The notes below the pieces were generated by a model. That model saw only the letters and a list, made by a program, of their open reading frames with translations. It did not search any database and was not told where the DNA came from. Positions 38,834 through 49,144 of a DNA stretch of 64,000 bases are shown here, piece by piece (positions within the stretch are counted from its first letter, which is position 1; the number at the start of each line of letters is the position of its first letter). Location: positions 186,001 to 250,000 of IMG/VR virus record IMGVR_UViG_3300032236_000747, one strand, 5' to 3'. The translations under genes and the position numbers were made by a program.

Positions 38834-39307
38834 ATGACAAAAAAGCTCGAAGAAATATTAGACATTAATCCTCTCAAAGAAGAACCCATTCCTTCACCGG
38901 AAACAGTTCCAGAATCTCCTATTATTAGTTTAGAAGAAAAGCTAGAAGAGTTTGATAAAATATCAGCAGCACTACCTAGAGTTCGAGGACTAGGTGATAT
39001 CAGCGATGCTGAACTTGATAAACTTGCTAAAAAAGCAGAAGAAGCATACGACGATATCATGGACCTAGGAATGCAGGTTGAGCCCAAATATAGCGCACGT
39101 ATGTTTGAAGTTGCTACTGGTATGCTAAACGCTGCTATTACTGCTAAAACAAACAAGATCGATAAGAAGCTAAAAATGGTCGATCTACAGTTGAAAAAAC
39201 TAGCCATTGATAAGAAGAGCGGATCTAAAGACGAAACTGTAGAAGGCGAAGGTTTTATCCTCACAGATCGCAATAGCATACTAGCAAAACTTAGAGATTT
39301 GAAATAA
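38834..39307 (+). CDS. Helical/coiled-coil late protein, possibly the terminase small subunit
   Basis: 157 aa, helical, ending DRNSILAKL, upstream of the large terminase; TAAATA at 38823. The function is inferred from position and size only. Confidence 0.4.
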   Translation: MTKKLEEILDINPLKEEPIPSPETVPESPIISLEEKLEEFDKISAALPRVRGLGDISDAELDKLAKKAEEAYDDIMDLGMQVEPKYSARMFEVATGMLNAAITAKTNKIDKKLKMVDLQLKKLAIDKKSGSKDETVEGEGFILTDRNSILAKLRDLK

Positions 39308-39327
39308 ATAAAGCATAGGATACTCGC

Positions 39328-39912
39328 ATGACTTCATTCAAACAGATATTATCTGAAAGTGTTAAAAAATATGATTTCAAGGTCAAGATCGCAGGCGCGG
39401 TTGATAAAGACGTTGAAACAAAATTAGAATCACTTTTAGACAAATTTAAGGTTTCATCTTTTAAGAAAGCCGGTACAACTCCAGTACAAAGTTTTCCTTT
39501 AGATTTTCCTAAACTTAGAAATCAAAATGTAAACATCTACGAAGTTACATTAGAATACCCAACAACACAATTTGAACTAACAGAATATCTTGCTAGTGCT
39601 TTAGATGTTCATAAAGAGTCATTGGTTGTACGTAACCCAAATGAGCCAAGTGAAGAATACCAAAAACCTGTAGAAAAAAGAGAAGGTGCATTGTTAACAG
39701 ATAGTGAATACAAAGAATCAACTAATGCTAACTTTGATGATTACTACGGCGACAAATATAACTTAAACTTTGTTAAAGAACTAAATGATGTTCTGAAGTT
39801 ACAAAGAAAAGAAAGGGGAGAAGTAATCCCCGATGGCAATCAAACACAAATGCCACACTTCGAGCAGAAATCAAGTAGCCTTTTGAAACAAGCTACAGAT
39901 CCAAGGAAATAA
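39328..39912 (+). CDS. Hypothetical late protein
   Basis: 194 aa. The N-terminus MTSFKQILSES resembles the processed leaders of T4-type head proteins; TAAATA at 39305. Confidence 0.6.
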   Translation: MTSFKQILSESVKKYDFKVKIAGAVDKDVETKLESLLDKFKVSSFKKAGTTPVQSFPLDFPKLRNQNVNIYEVTLEYPTTQFELTEYLASALDVHKESLVVRNPNEPSEEYQKPVEKREGALLTDSEYKESTNANFDDYYGDKYNLNFVKELNDVLKLQRKERGEVIPDGNQTQMPHFEQKSSSLLKQATDPRK

Positions 39913-39916
39913 TAAT

Positions 39917-41485
39917 ATGAAAATGATCAACGTATTACAAAGACTAGCAGAGCTAGACGCAGGCAATCCTAACATTGCCAACCCACTAGCTGCTGGCCAA
40001 AAAAGGGTCATGGAAGCTGATCAAGTCGCACAACTACCTGACTTAACAGACATGGGCGACCTAAGGGCATTAAGCGGCCTTAAGCAGGTTAATGAATGCA
40101 TGCCAATGGGAATCGCAGAACTAGGCGGAATGTCAAGTAATCGTCCACCGGCTAGCTTTAGTATTAATGCTACAGCAGCAGACGGCGCAGAAGTTAGTTC
40201 TATGCTAAGTGATATTTTAAATCTAGCAGGCGTACATAAAGTTGGCCAAGAACACATGCCATCAGTAGACAGTCCTCAATCAGCAATGGTTCAACCACCT
40301 GCGATGGGAAATGCTAAAGATGCTATGAGATCTGCTTTAGACACAATGAACGGTGACGAAATGGGCGACGAAGTCGGCGAACCAGAAACAATCTCCGGCA
40401 TGGATGACGAAGCAGCTGAACCGATGGTCGGCATGGATGACATGGGCATGGGCGTAGGCGGTGACGACATGGGCGGAATAGCACAACCAGAAATGGGTGG
40501 CAGCATCGGTGGTGGAAGTCCAGAAATGGCGTCTATGGCTGATGAGATTCGTAACATGGCTGATCGTCTAAGTCAAATCGATAGCAAAGATGAACTACCA
40601 GGCGTCGACGGCGAAAGCGATGACGAAGCCAACGAATCGTATGATAACACTCCAGCAGACATGACAAGACATACATCATTTGATGCTAATAGTTTTGCTT
40701 ATAATGGAAACGCGGGCGGCGTTAATAAAGGCATTACAACACAGCCTACCGCTACAATGGAAGAGATTGAATCGAGTTTGTTTAAAGAATACAGTAACTT
40801 TGTTGCTGAATCAAAAAAAAAAGTAAAGTCAACAAATGAAGTAAAAGAAGGTCTTAACCACAGACCTTCTGGTCCAAAAATCGAAAAGAAAGATGTAGAT
40901 CGTGTGTGCGATGTAGCACATAAGTTAGGCATTCCTCTAGTACACGAAGACCAAGGATGCGTAATGGATTGCATGGCATCTTATCCTAAGTTCCACAAAC
41001 ACATAACAGGCAAGTACAACGAGTGCTGGGAAGATTTCCATCAAGCATGTTGTGATCATTATTCTACCAAGCACGGTCTCGGAATGAAAGACGAGCAAGC
41101 TATAACTGGTCCGGGTTCTATGAACGGTGGCGACGGCAGCTATGGTATGTTTGAAGCAAAAGAAAAAACTATGAGTCGTGCTGCTAAAGGTAACGAAAAA
41201 TATGGTAAGGCTGGTATGCAAGCATTAGCCAAGGCTGGTCGTGAAGGTAAAAGTCTAGAACCAATCAAAGCCAAATATAACAAATACGACGAAGGTTCGT
41301 CAAACACAAGTTTAAGCAAGGCTGCTAAGACTGTTAAAAAAGGCGCACTACACAAGCAAGAAGGTATTCCTCAAGATAAAAAGATTGGCGATGCCAAACT
41401 AAAAAGTCTAAAGAAAAGTGGTACACCTTTAGAAAAGAAACGTGCTAACTTTGCTTTAAACATTCAAGGCAAGGGTAAAAAATAA
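39917..41485 (+). CDS. Low-complexity protein with acidic and basic halves; probable internal head/scaffold-type protein
   Basis: Met/Gly/Asp-rich middle, Lys-rich C-terminus, and many hydrophobic-x-E sites. Confidence 0.5.
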   Translation: MKMINVLQRLAELDAGNPNIANPLAAGQKRVMEADQVAQLPDLTDMGDLRALSGLKQVNECMPMGIAELGGMSSNRPPASFSINATAADGAEVSSMLSDILNLAGVHKVGQEHMPSVDSPQSAMVQPPAMGNAKDAMRSALDTMNGDEMGDEVGEPETISGMDDEAAEPMVGMDDMGMGVGGDDMGGIAQPEMGGSIGGGSPEMASMADEIRNMADRLSQIDSKDELPGVDGESDDEANESYDNTPADMTRHTSFDANSFAYNGNAGGVNKGITTQPTATMEEIESSLFKEYSNFVAESKKKVKSTNEVKEGLNHRPSGPKIEKKDVDRVCDVAHKLGIPLVHEDQGCVMDCMASYPKFHKHITGKYNECWEDFHQACCDHYSTKHGLGMKDEQAITGPGSMNGGDGSYGMFEAKEKTMSRAAKGNEKYGKAGMQALAKAGREGKSLEPIKAKYNKYDEGSSNTSLSKAAKTVKKGALHKQEGIPQDKKIGDAKLKSLKKSGTPLEKKRANFALNIQGKGKK

Positions 41486-41497
41486 GCAATATAACCC

Positions 41498-41524
41498 AAT
41501 AGCCCCTTAGGGGGCTATTTTTTT
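41498..41524 (+). terminator. Intrinsic terminator
   Basis: AATAGCCCC-TTAG-GGGGCTATT followed by a T-run. Confidence 0.85.
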
Positions 41525-41538
41525 CAGTAAATAAAAGT

Positions 41539-43125
41539 ATGGCAAATAACTCCCCTGGTAACTTAGTCAAGACAGCCCACAGTAGACAAAGATATACTGA
41601 GCAGGATATCTTAGATCTTGAAAAATGCATGGATCCTATCAACGGTCCACATCATTTTCTTGATAACTTTTTCTACATTCAGCATCCCACAAAAGGTAGA
41701 TTGTTGTACGAGGCATTTGACTATCAACGTAGATTGATTGACAGTTATCACCAACATCGTTTCAATGTAAACTTATTACCTCGTCAAACAGGTAAGACGA
41801 CTACAGCAGCAGGATATTTGCTGTGGTACGCAATGTTTGTACCAGACGCAACTATTCTTATCGCAGCGCACAAATATACAGGTGCTCAAGAAATTATGAG
41901 TCGTATACGTTTTGCCTACGAACTATGCCCTGATCATATACGTTGCGGTGTTACAAGTTATAACAAACAAAGTATTGAGTTTGACAACGGTTCACGTATT
42001 ATCGCACAAACAACCACTGAAACAACTGGTCGTGGTTTGTCACTATCATTGCTGTATGCTGACGAATTTGCCTTCGTTCCGCCTAACGTAGCCACTGAGT
42101 TCTGGACATCTATTTCACCTACACTTGCTACAGGCGGTAAAGCGATTATTACTTCAACTCCTAACAGCGACGAAGATCAGTTTGCTACTATTTGGAAAGA
42201 AGCCAACAAACGCATTGACGAGTACGGTAATACACAAGAAGTCGGTCGTAACGGATTCTTTCCATTTAAGGCTCATTGGAGAGAACATCCTGATCGCAAC
42301 GACGAATGGGCAGCAGAAGAAAGATCGCGTATTGGTGAAGAAAGATTCCGTCGTGAACACGATTGCGAGTTCTTGGTATTTGATGAAACACTTATTAACA
42401 GTATATGCCTGGCAGAACTAGAAGGTGAAGAGCCATTGATAAAGATGGGTCAGGTACGTTGGTACAAAGATATTAATCCTGCCTCTACTTATGTAGTAGC
42501 ACACGATCCTAGCCTAGGCACCGGTGGTAACTACGCAGGTATAGAAATATTTGAACTACCTAGCCTAGAACAGGTCGGAGAGTGGCAACATAATCTCACA
42601 CCTATTCAACAGCAGGTTAAGGTGCTTAGAGAGATATGTAAGTACATAGATAACAAATGTCTAGAAGGCGGCAGAAACTCTACTATATATTTTAGTGTAG
42701 AAAATAATACCGTGGGAGAAGCAGCTCTAGTTGCCATTAACGAAATGGGAGAAGAAAGTATCCCGGGAATGTTTTTAAGTGAGCCTATGAAGAAAGGACA
42801 TGTGCGCCGTTTCCGCAGAGGCTTTAATACTACACACAACAGTAAAATATCCGCCTGTGCTAAAGCTAAACAGCTCATAGAGCAGCGCAAAATGAAGATT
42901 AATAGTAAGAGCTTGATCTCTGAACTTAAGACGTTTGTAGCGGCAGGTATTACATTTAAGGCCAAAGATCAACAATACGACGACCTAGTTTCTGCTCTAT
43001 TATTAGCAGTACGTATGATCGTTATGTTAGGTGATTGGGATCCTGTTATCTACAACAAGATGATAGAAGACGCCAAAATGGATGACTACGAAATGCCCAT
43101 GCCTATCTACGTCAGCAATTTTTAA
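41539..43125 (+). CDS. Terminase large subunit (T4 gp17-like)
   Basis: Walker A PRQTGKTT, Walker B LLYADEFAF, TSTPN, and nuclease motifs HDPSLG, VENN and DDLVSA. Confidence 0.97.
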   Translation: MANNSPGNLVKTAHSRQRYTEQDILDLEKCMDPINGPHHFLDNFFYIQHPTKGRLLYEAFDYQRRLIDSYHQHRFNVNLLPRQTGKTTTAAGYLLWYAMFVPDATILIAAHKYTGAQEIMSRIRFAYELCPDHIRCGVTSYNKQSIEFDNGSRIIAQTTTETTGRGLSLSLLYADEFAFVPPNVATEFWTSISPTLATGGKAIITSTPNSDEDQFATIWKEANKRIDEYGNTQEVGRNGFFPFKAHWREHPDRNDEWAAEERSRIGEERFRREHDCEFLVFDETLINSICLAELEGEEPLIKMGQVRWYKDINPASTYVVAHDPSLGTGGNYAGIEIFELPSLEQVGEWQHNLTPIQQQVKVLREICKYIDNKCLEGGRNSTIYFSVENNTVGEAALVAINEMGEESIPGMFLSEPMKKGHVRRFRRGFNTTHNSKISACAKAKQLIEQRKMKINSKSLISELKTFVAAGITFKAKDQQYDDLVSALLLAVRMIVMLGDWDPVIYNKMIEDAKMDDYEMPMPIYVSNF

Positions 43126-43136
43126 TAAATATAGCT

Positions 43137-45002
43137 ATGAAAACTATTGAAATAATCAGTCAAGATTTATTCGACAAAATACGCAGTCGCTTTGAAAATC
43201 TCCAAATGGGAGACGAACAAGGCGAAGTTACCATGGATCCTAGACAAGCTAGATTCTACGATTTTGATTTTACTGTTGAAGGTAAAGATCTAGGAAGAGT
43301 TAGTATTAGCATCAACGAGCTAGGAACACTTAAAATGTTTTATGGTAAAAGCATTTTAGAAGATGTTGATCCAGTTGGTAGAGATTATTGGTACGACTTT
43401 TTACGTGAGATGCGTAGTTTTGCTATGCGTAGATTGTTAAGATTTGATACCAGGGATATCACTAAATCAAACCTTAACAAAGATGATTTTCAATACTTGG
43501 CCGGCAAAGGCAACAAGGAAAACGGAATGAACGAATCAGCAAAATTTACAGGCGGAAAAATGACCAGTCATAGAGTACTAGAAAGAACTAAACTAGTCGT
43601 TAAACACAAAAAGGGAATCGAAGACGAAAGTTTTGGAGCTCGTAGCCGTAGTGCAAATATTGCTGCTATCTTTGTAGAAAACGAAGAAGGTGAAAGATTT
43701 AAGTATCCATTCATTCATATTGCAGGTGCCAAGGCAATGCAACGCCATGTAGCCAACGGTGGCCGACCGTATGATGAAAAAGGCAACGCCATTATTGATA
43801 TGAGCAGTAAGATTGCTCAACTAAGTGCGTTCCATCGCCACATGGGTAGACACGATGGCATGAACTCAGAGGTAAATGAGATTGCTAGCAAGACAACTTC
43901 TAAGTTAGAAAACCTAAGACACCAGTTACATTCTCTACACGGCCAGCGCGGCTACGAAGCATGGGCAGAAAGTTTCGATCCTGTTTCAACAATGCAAGGC
44001 ACTGTAGAAATGGACCAAGCTACCATGGAAAACTATAAATCTGCGTTCACAGTTAGTAGTTTTAAAGAAGACCTAGCTCAATATTTTCCATTAATACACA
44101 GCATCATGCAAGAAGCCGGAACTGTTGATCTAGAAGAATATGTTAAAGAAGGTACTACCTGCAAGGTGTGTAAAGAAGATCCGTGTTCATGTGATGACGA
44201 ATCTGTAAAAGAAAACGAGTTCGATATTTTCCGTAAGTGGACAGAATCTGTTGCTGAAGGAAGTTTAGAACCGGATACATTGGGCGAGCTTGTTGAACTA
44301 CTAGGCAGCGGACAAATTGCGCAAGTAGGCGTTGATGCTACAAGCACAGTCGAAGCATTGAATGGTATCGGAATTCAAGATGAGGATCTTCAAAACGAAC
44401 TTGAAGAACTTGCTAAACAAACTAACGGAACAGGTAATCCACAACACGCCATTCTAGCATGGTTGGAAAAAGTTGATCCAGAAGCTGCTGCTGAAATAGC
44501 ACAAAGTTCACAACAAGAACAACCGGCTCAACCTGCACCTGCTCCCCAACAACAACTAGTTCCTCAGCCTGCAGTACAAGAAGAGGAAGAAAATGAAGAT
44601 GAAGTTCACGGCCAAGAAGACGGCGGGCAAGAACAACCATCAATGCAAGACCTAGCACAATGGTTAGGTGCTTTCTATAATAAAGATTGGAAAGAGCAAG
44701 GATTCAACGGACCATGGCGTAAGGGTGTTACCGAACTAGGTATTATGGCCGAAAAGGAGTTCGGCGATCAATACGGCCATTTGGTAAAAGAACTCATGAG
44801 TCTTAAAGATGGTGAAACCAGACTTGAGCGTGTAACTCGTAAGAGCCACGAACGCAAGAAAGAAATGGAAAGTGGCGAAAGTGTTCTTAATAGATCAAAC
44901 GAACCAAAGATGGCTTCTGCACTACGCAAAGGACAGAACGTAGGCATGGCCGAAGATGAGCATTTTGAAGCCATTTTACGTCTTTCAGGATTGGCAAAAT
45001 AA
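43137..45002 (+). CDS. Conserved hypothetical late (probable head-associated) protein
   Basis: 621 aa with an acidic C-terminal half; TAAATA at 43126; ends ILRLSGLAK. Confidence 0.55.
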   Translation: MKTIEIISQDLFDKIRSRFENLQMGDEQGEVTMDPRQARFYDFDFTVEGKDLGRVSISINELGTLKMFYGKSILEDVDPVGRDYWYDFLREMRSFAMRRLLRFDTRDITKSNLNKDDFQYLAGKGNKENGMNESAKFTGGKMTSHRVLERTKLVVKHKKGIEDESFGARSRSANIAAIFVENEEGERFKYPFIHIAGAKAMQRHVANGGRPYDEKGNAIIDMSSKIAQLSAFHRHMGRHDGMNSEVNEIASKTTSKLENLRHQLHSLHGQRGYEAWAESFDPVSTMQGTVEMDQATMENYKSAFTVSSFKEDLAQYFPLIHSIMQEAGTVDLEEYVKEGTTCKVCKEDPCSCDDESVKENEFDIFRKWTESVAEGSLEPDTLGELVELLGSGQIAQVGVDATSTVEALNGIGIQDEDLQNELEELAKQTNGTGNPQHAILAWLEKVDPEAAAEIAQSSQQEQPAQPAPAPQQQLVPQPAVQEEEENEDEVHGQEDGGQEQPSMQDLAQWLGAFYNKDWKEQGFNGPWRKGVTELGIMAEKEFGDQYGHLVKELMSLKDGETRLERVTRKSHERKKEMESGESVLNRSNEPKMASALRKGQNVGMAEDEHFEAILRLSGLAK

Positions 45003-45026
45003 ACCATATTATAACCCCCTTTTAGG

Positions 45027-45072
45027 TTGTAAGTATAAATAAAAGTGCGTATAGTTAACTATATGCACTTTT
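45027..45072 (+). promoter_or_regulatory. Composite promoter for the gp32-uvsX operon with an overlapping 32-bp palindrome
   Basis: TTGTAA-17-TATAGT (45027-55), TATAAATA (45034-41), and the inverted repeat AAAAGTGCGTATAGTT/AACTATATGCACTTTT (45041-72). Confidence 0.65.
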
Positions 45073-45135
45073 TCTTTTTAGTCAGTGGGCTTTAAAGGAA
45101 TGGCACATAAAATACAACATTAAGGAAAAAACATT

Positions 45136-46122
45136 ATGGCAACTTTAGCAGAAATCAGAGCAAAACTACAAGCATCTTCACAACAAAACCAAGGCTCGGG
45201 TGGTGGAGACAACGCAATATTTCCACACTGGAACATTCAAGAAGGCGCTAACGCAACGATTAGATTCCTCCCAGATGCGGACCCAAACAACACATTCTTC
45301 TGGATCGAACGTAACATGATCAAGTTACCTTTCGCCGGTGTGAAAGGTGATACAGCTTCTAAGAAAGTCGAAGTACAAGTTCCTTGTATGGAGATGTGGG
45401 GTGAATCATGTCCAATCTTAACTGAGGTACGTCCTTGGTTTAAAGATAAGAGCATGGAAGAGTTGGGTCGTAGATATTGGAAAAAGAAAAGCTATCTATT
45501 CCAAGGATTTGTAGTTAGTACAGATCTAAAAGAAGATAAGCAACCAGAAAATCCAATCCGCCGCTTTATCATGAGCAGCCAGATTTTCAACATCATCAAG
45601 GCAGCATTGTTGGATCCAGACTTTGCTGAGCTTCCAACAGACTACGTTCGTGGTACTGACTTTAAAATCACAAAAACAACAAAAGGTGGTTATGCTGACT
45701 ACTCTACTTCAAACTGGGCTCGTCGTGAACGTGCTTTAGATGAAAATGAGTTGGCTGCTATTAAGCAACATGACTTGTTTAACCTGAAAGACTTTTTGCC
45801 TAAGAAACCAGGTGAAGTTGAACTCAAGGTTATGATGGAAATGTTTGAAGCAAGCGTTAACGGTGATGCGTTTGACATGGAACGTTGGGGTCAATACTTT
45901 AAGCCAAACGGCTATAAGGCACAAGGTAACGCAACGCCAGTAGCAAGCACACCAGCATCTACACCAGTAGCAAGCACACCAGTAGAACCTGATGAGCAAG
46001 ATGACGAACCGGCAAGTACTCCAGCATCAACACCGACACCAGCGGCATCAACAGGTGACGCAGGCAGTCGTGCTCAAGATATCTTGAACATGATTCGTAC
46101 ACGTAAGCAACAATCGGAATAA
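45136..46122 (+). CDS. Single-stranded DNA-binding protein (T4 gp32-like)
   Basis: ATIRFLPD, CMEMWGESCPI, GTDFKITKT and GYADYSTSNW, followed by a PAST-repeat acidic linker. Lies upstream of uvsX. Confidence 0.9.
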   Translation: MATLAEIRAKLQASSQQNQGSGGGDNAIFPHWNIQEGANATIRFLPDADPNNTFFWIERNMIKLPFAGVKGDTASKKVEVQVPCMEMWGESCPILTEVRPWFKDKSMEELGRRYWKKKSYLFQGFVVSTDLKEDKQPENPIRRFIMSSQIFNIIKAALLDPDFAELPTDYVRGTDFKITKTTKGGYADYSTSNWARRERALDENELAAIKQHDLFNLKDFLPKKPGEVELKVMMEMFEASVNGDAFDMERWGQYFKPNGYKAQGNATPVASTPASTPVASTPVEPDEQDDEPASTPASTPTPAASTGDAGSRAQDILNMIRTRKQQSE

Positions 46123-46133
46123 GGGGATAGACT

Positions 46134-47210
46134 ATGGCAAAGGCCTTCGATATTTCGAAGTTCCGCAAGTCTATCACTAAATCTATTGATGGCTTGGGAA
46201 TAGGGTTTAATGACCCAACCGATTGGATTTCAACCGGTAACTATGCCCTTAACTATCTTATCTCAGGGGACTTCTTCAAAGGAGTCCCTTTGGGAAAAGT
46301 AACAGTTTTTGCTGGCGAATCTGGTGCAGGTAAGAGTTATATCTGTTCAGGTAACATTATCAAAGCCGCACAAGAACAGGGCATTTATGTTATTCTTGTC
46401 GACAGCGAAAATGCTCTTGATCAGAAATGGCTTGAAGATCTCGGTGTTGATACAAGTGATGAAAAGCTTCTAAAACTTAACATGGCTATGATCGACGATG
46501 TAGCTAAAACTATTTCCGAGTTTATGAAAGAATACAAAGTTATGCCAGAGGAATCGCGTCCTAAGGTGTTATTTGTAATCGACAGCTTGGGTATGTTGTT
46601 GACTCCAACTGACGTTAATCAGTTTGAAGCAGGTGAAATGAAAGGTGACATGGGCCGTAAGCCTAAAGCACTTACATCACTTGTTCGTAACTGTGTAAAC
46701 ATGTTTGGTTCGTGGAACGTAGGTATGGTTTGTACAAATCACACATACGCAAGTCAAGATATGTTTGATCCAGATGATAAGATTAGCGGTGGACAAGGAT
46801 TCATTTATGCTAGCTCTATTGTAGTTGCTATGCGTAAGTTAAAACTTAAAACAGACGCAGATGGCAATAAAACATCAACTGTAAACGGTATTCGTAGTGC
46901 TTGTAAGATTATGAAAACTCGTTATGCTAAGCCATTTGAAAGTGTACAAGTTGAGATTCCATATACAACAGGTATGAGCCCGCACAGCGGATTGGTTGAT
47001 TTGTTTGAAGCTAAAGGTATGCTAACTAAAGAAGGTAATAGCCTTGTTTACACAACATCCGATGGCGAGATTATTAAGCAGTTCCGCAAGGCTTGGGAAA
47101 AGAATGAAAAAGATGGTTTAACAATCATGATGGCTGACATTTCCAAGAACGGAGAAAAACCTGAAGTTCTAGTAGTAACAGAAGATAGTGAGGAAACACA
47201 AAATGGATGA
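46134..47210 (+). CDS. uvsX: RecA-like recombinase UvsX
   Basis: ISTGNYALN, GESGAGKS, DSENALD, VIDSLGML, NHTY and SGGQGFIYASS. Confidence 0.95.
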   Translation: MAKAFDISKFRKSITKSIDGLGIGFNDPTDWISTGNYALNYLISGDFFKGVPLGKVTVFAGESGAGKSYICSGNIIKAAQEQGIYVILVDSENALDQKWLEDLGVDTSDEKLLKLNMAMIDDVAKTISEFMKEYKVMPEESRPKVLFVIDSLGMLLTPTDVNQFEAGEMKGDMGRKPKALTSLVRNCVNMFGSWNVGMVCTNHTYASQDMFDPDDKISGGQGFIYASSIVVAMRKLKLKTDADGNKTSTVNGIRSACKIMKTRYAKPFESVQVEIPYTTGMSPHSGLVDLFEAKGMLTKEGNSLVYTTSDGEIIKQFRKAWEKNEKDGLTIMMADISKNGEKPEVLVVTEDSEETQNG

Positions 47211-47451
47211 AGCATTGATTATGGAAATATGGGATACATTCAAAGAATATATCTCTGACAAAAATAAGGATATGGCTGCAACTCAATACGTAGATTACCT
47301 TCTAGGTAAAGATGTTGAAACTAGTATTCTTGAAGGACTTGTTGGTTATGACAGTCATTTAGACGATGCTATTAAACAAGCATTAGCAGATGAAGGTTAT
47401 GAAGACATCAGTGACGACGAAGAACACTATATCGACGACGAGGACTATTAA
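47203..47451 (+). CDS. Small acidic hypothetical protein
   Basis: GAGGA RBS, ATG at 47203, coupled to both neighbours. Confidence 0.65.
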   Translation: MDEALIMEIWDTFKEYISDKNKDMAATQYVDYLLGKDVETSILEGLVGYDSHLDDAIKQALADEGYEDISDDEEHYIDDEDY

Positions 47452-47909
47452 TGTCGCAATGGTATGCCAAGGTTAGCCAGGACATATCACATTTACCCGC
47501 TTGTATCGATTACTTCTACAAAGAGTTAACCGATGCTAGGTCTGAGATTAAGATTTATGGTGTTATCGAAAAAGCCAGTGCGTCATTGCCCGGAATAGTT
47601 GAACATCGTTTTAACCAGCTTCAAGAAATTGAAGCTGTGTTAGAATATCTTAACATCGAACTACGGCGTGTACGTTCTAAGACCTTTAAAAAATATCTCG
47701 AAAACTATCAACGTTCTCTTAGTTCACGCGATGTTGAAAAATATGTCGACGGTGAAGCAGATGTTGTTGATATGGAAAAGATTATCAACGAGTTTGCGCT
47801 TTTGCGCAATCAATGGTTAGGTATTGTCAAAGGCCTTGACATTAAACAATGGCAACTTTCAAATATTATTAAACTACGGGCTGCGGGACTAGACGACGCA
47901 TCACTATAA
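47451..47909 (+). CDS. uvsY: Recombination mediator UvsY-like
   Basis: 152-aa helical protein with DVEKYVDGE and KGLDIKQWQLSNIIKLR, located between uvsX and uvsW. Confidence 0.75.
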   Translation: MSQWYAKVSQDISHLPACIDYFYKELTDARSEIKIYGVIEKASASLPGIVEHRFNQLQEIEAVLEYLNIELRRVRSKTFKKYLENYQRSLSSRDVEKYVDGEADVVDMEKIINEFALLRNQWLGIVKGLDIKQWQLSNIIKLRAAGLDDASL

Positions 47910-49144
47910 TGTATATAGAAGACATTCTTAGCAAACTAGTTGGGCATCACGCCATCTTTCATACTCAATATCCTCCTAAATTTCTTAGTCCTAATGAACT
48001 TGGGTTACTAACTAGTTTTGTATCACAAATAGAGAATCTCAACGGTCTAAGTGAAAAGCAGGCAACCATAGCTGAACGTATATTGAGAAGCAGATGCTTG
48101 GAAGTGTCGGCGTATATTGCTGTTGACATACTCAAATACCTAGAAAATCCTAGATATAGACTAGCTAGAAAAATGTTTAGTAAAAATAAAACAGCAAAAC
48201 TAGTAACAGAGGCCAACGGAGTTAAACAAATCGCCTTGTCGTTCCCCTACGACGAAGAACTTGTTCTTTCAATCAAAGCCAAGAAGGCAGACCTGTTTTC
48301 GAAGAAAAATCTCCCAGGTAGAAAAACTATATTATGGGACCCGGAAACTAGATCTTGGAAATTTGGCCTATACGAAGACCTCATTAGTTGGCTGAATCAA
48401 ACTCTTATCAATAGAGGATTTACTTTTGATGAAGATTTACAGACATATATGTCTGCCGTTAAAGAAATAGAAGAAAATGTAGAAAAACACATACCTATGG
48501 TAGTGTTCGAAGACAACGAATTCAAATATATTAACGTGCATAAAAATATTCCTCAACCCGTTAGTACACATTTGTTAGAAGTATTGTTTGAGGCGAGAAA
48601 ATACGGAATCAATACATGGGATGAACACATTGACCAAGCATTGAAAGACAAAATGATTGGAAAATTGTCTAGACATGTATTAGTTGACAGTGATTTCTTA
48701 AGGCATGATAAAGTTGCCAAGATAAATCCTAATGATTTTACGTTTTCCGACTTTGAAGATATAATAAAATATAATGATGCTGCGGTTATTGTTATCCCAG
48801 GTGGGGCTGAACTCGAATCCATGCGTTACTGCTACCAGCAACTGAAAAATTTAGGGTACACTAGTGAACAACTGGCGGCAATGTTTAGAGTAGACGGAGA
48901 AAAGGGAAAAGCGGCCAATGATTTTATCAAAGAAAACTACCTCAATAATCCTATCTCTGAAAAAGTAAAAATTTATTTTGTTAGTCAGAAGTATCCTAAG
49001 CCTATGATCAAGAATAAAGTAAAAGTTGGTACTGTGATAACCTTGGGAAATACAAATCCACACAATACGTTGAGAAATTTCATCAATAATCATAACACTG
49101 TATTTTCCTATGACCTAAAAAAAGAAAAAAATGGCAACCTGTAA
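47909..49144 (+). CDS. Hypothetical protein
   Basis: 411-aa ORF overlapping its neighbours; contains SFPYDEELV...WDPETRSWKF. Confidence 0.65.
   Translation: MYIEDILSKLVGHHAIFHTQYPPKFLSPNELGLLTSFVSQIENLNGLSEKQATIAERILRSRCLEVSAYIAVDILKYLENPRYRLARKMFSKNKTAKLVTEANGVKQIALSFPYDEELVLSIKAKKADLFSKKNLPGRKTILWDPETRSWKFGLYEDLISWLNQTLINRGFTFDEDLQTYMSAVKEIEENVEKHIPMVVFEDNEFKYINVHKNIPQPVSTHLLEVLFEARKYGINTWDEHIDQALKDKMIGKLSRHVLVDSDFLRHDKVAKINPNDFTFSDFEDIIKYNDAAVIVIPGGAELESMRYCYQQLKNLGYTSEQLAAMFRVDGEKGKAANDFIKENYLNNPISEKVKIYFVSQKYPKPMIKNKVKVGTVITLGNTNPHNTLRNFINNHNTVFSYDLKKEKNGNL

Noticed and set aside
45935-46050. Short direct repeats (CACCAGTAGCAAGCACACCAG-like)
   Set aside because: They encode the PVAST/PAST low-complexity linker of gp32.
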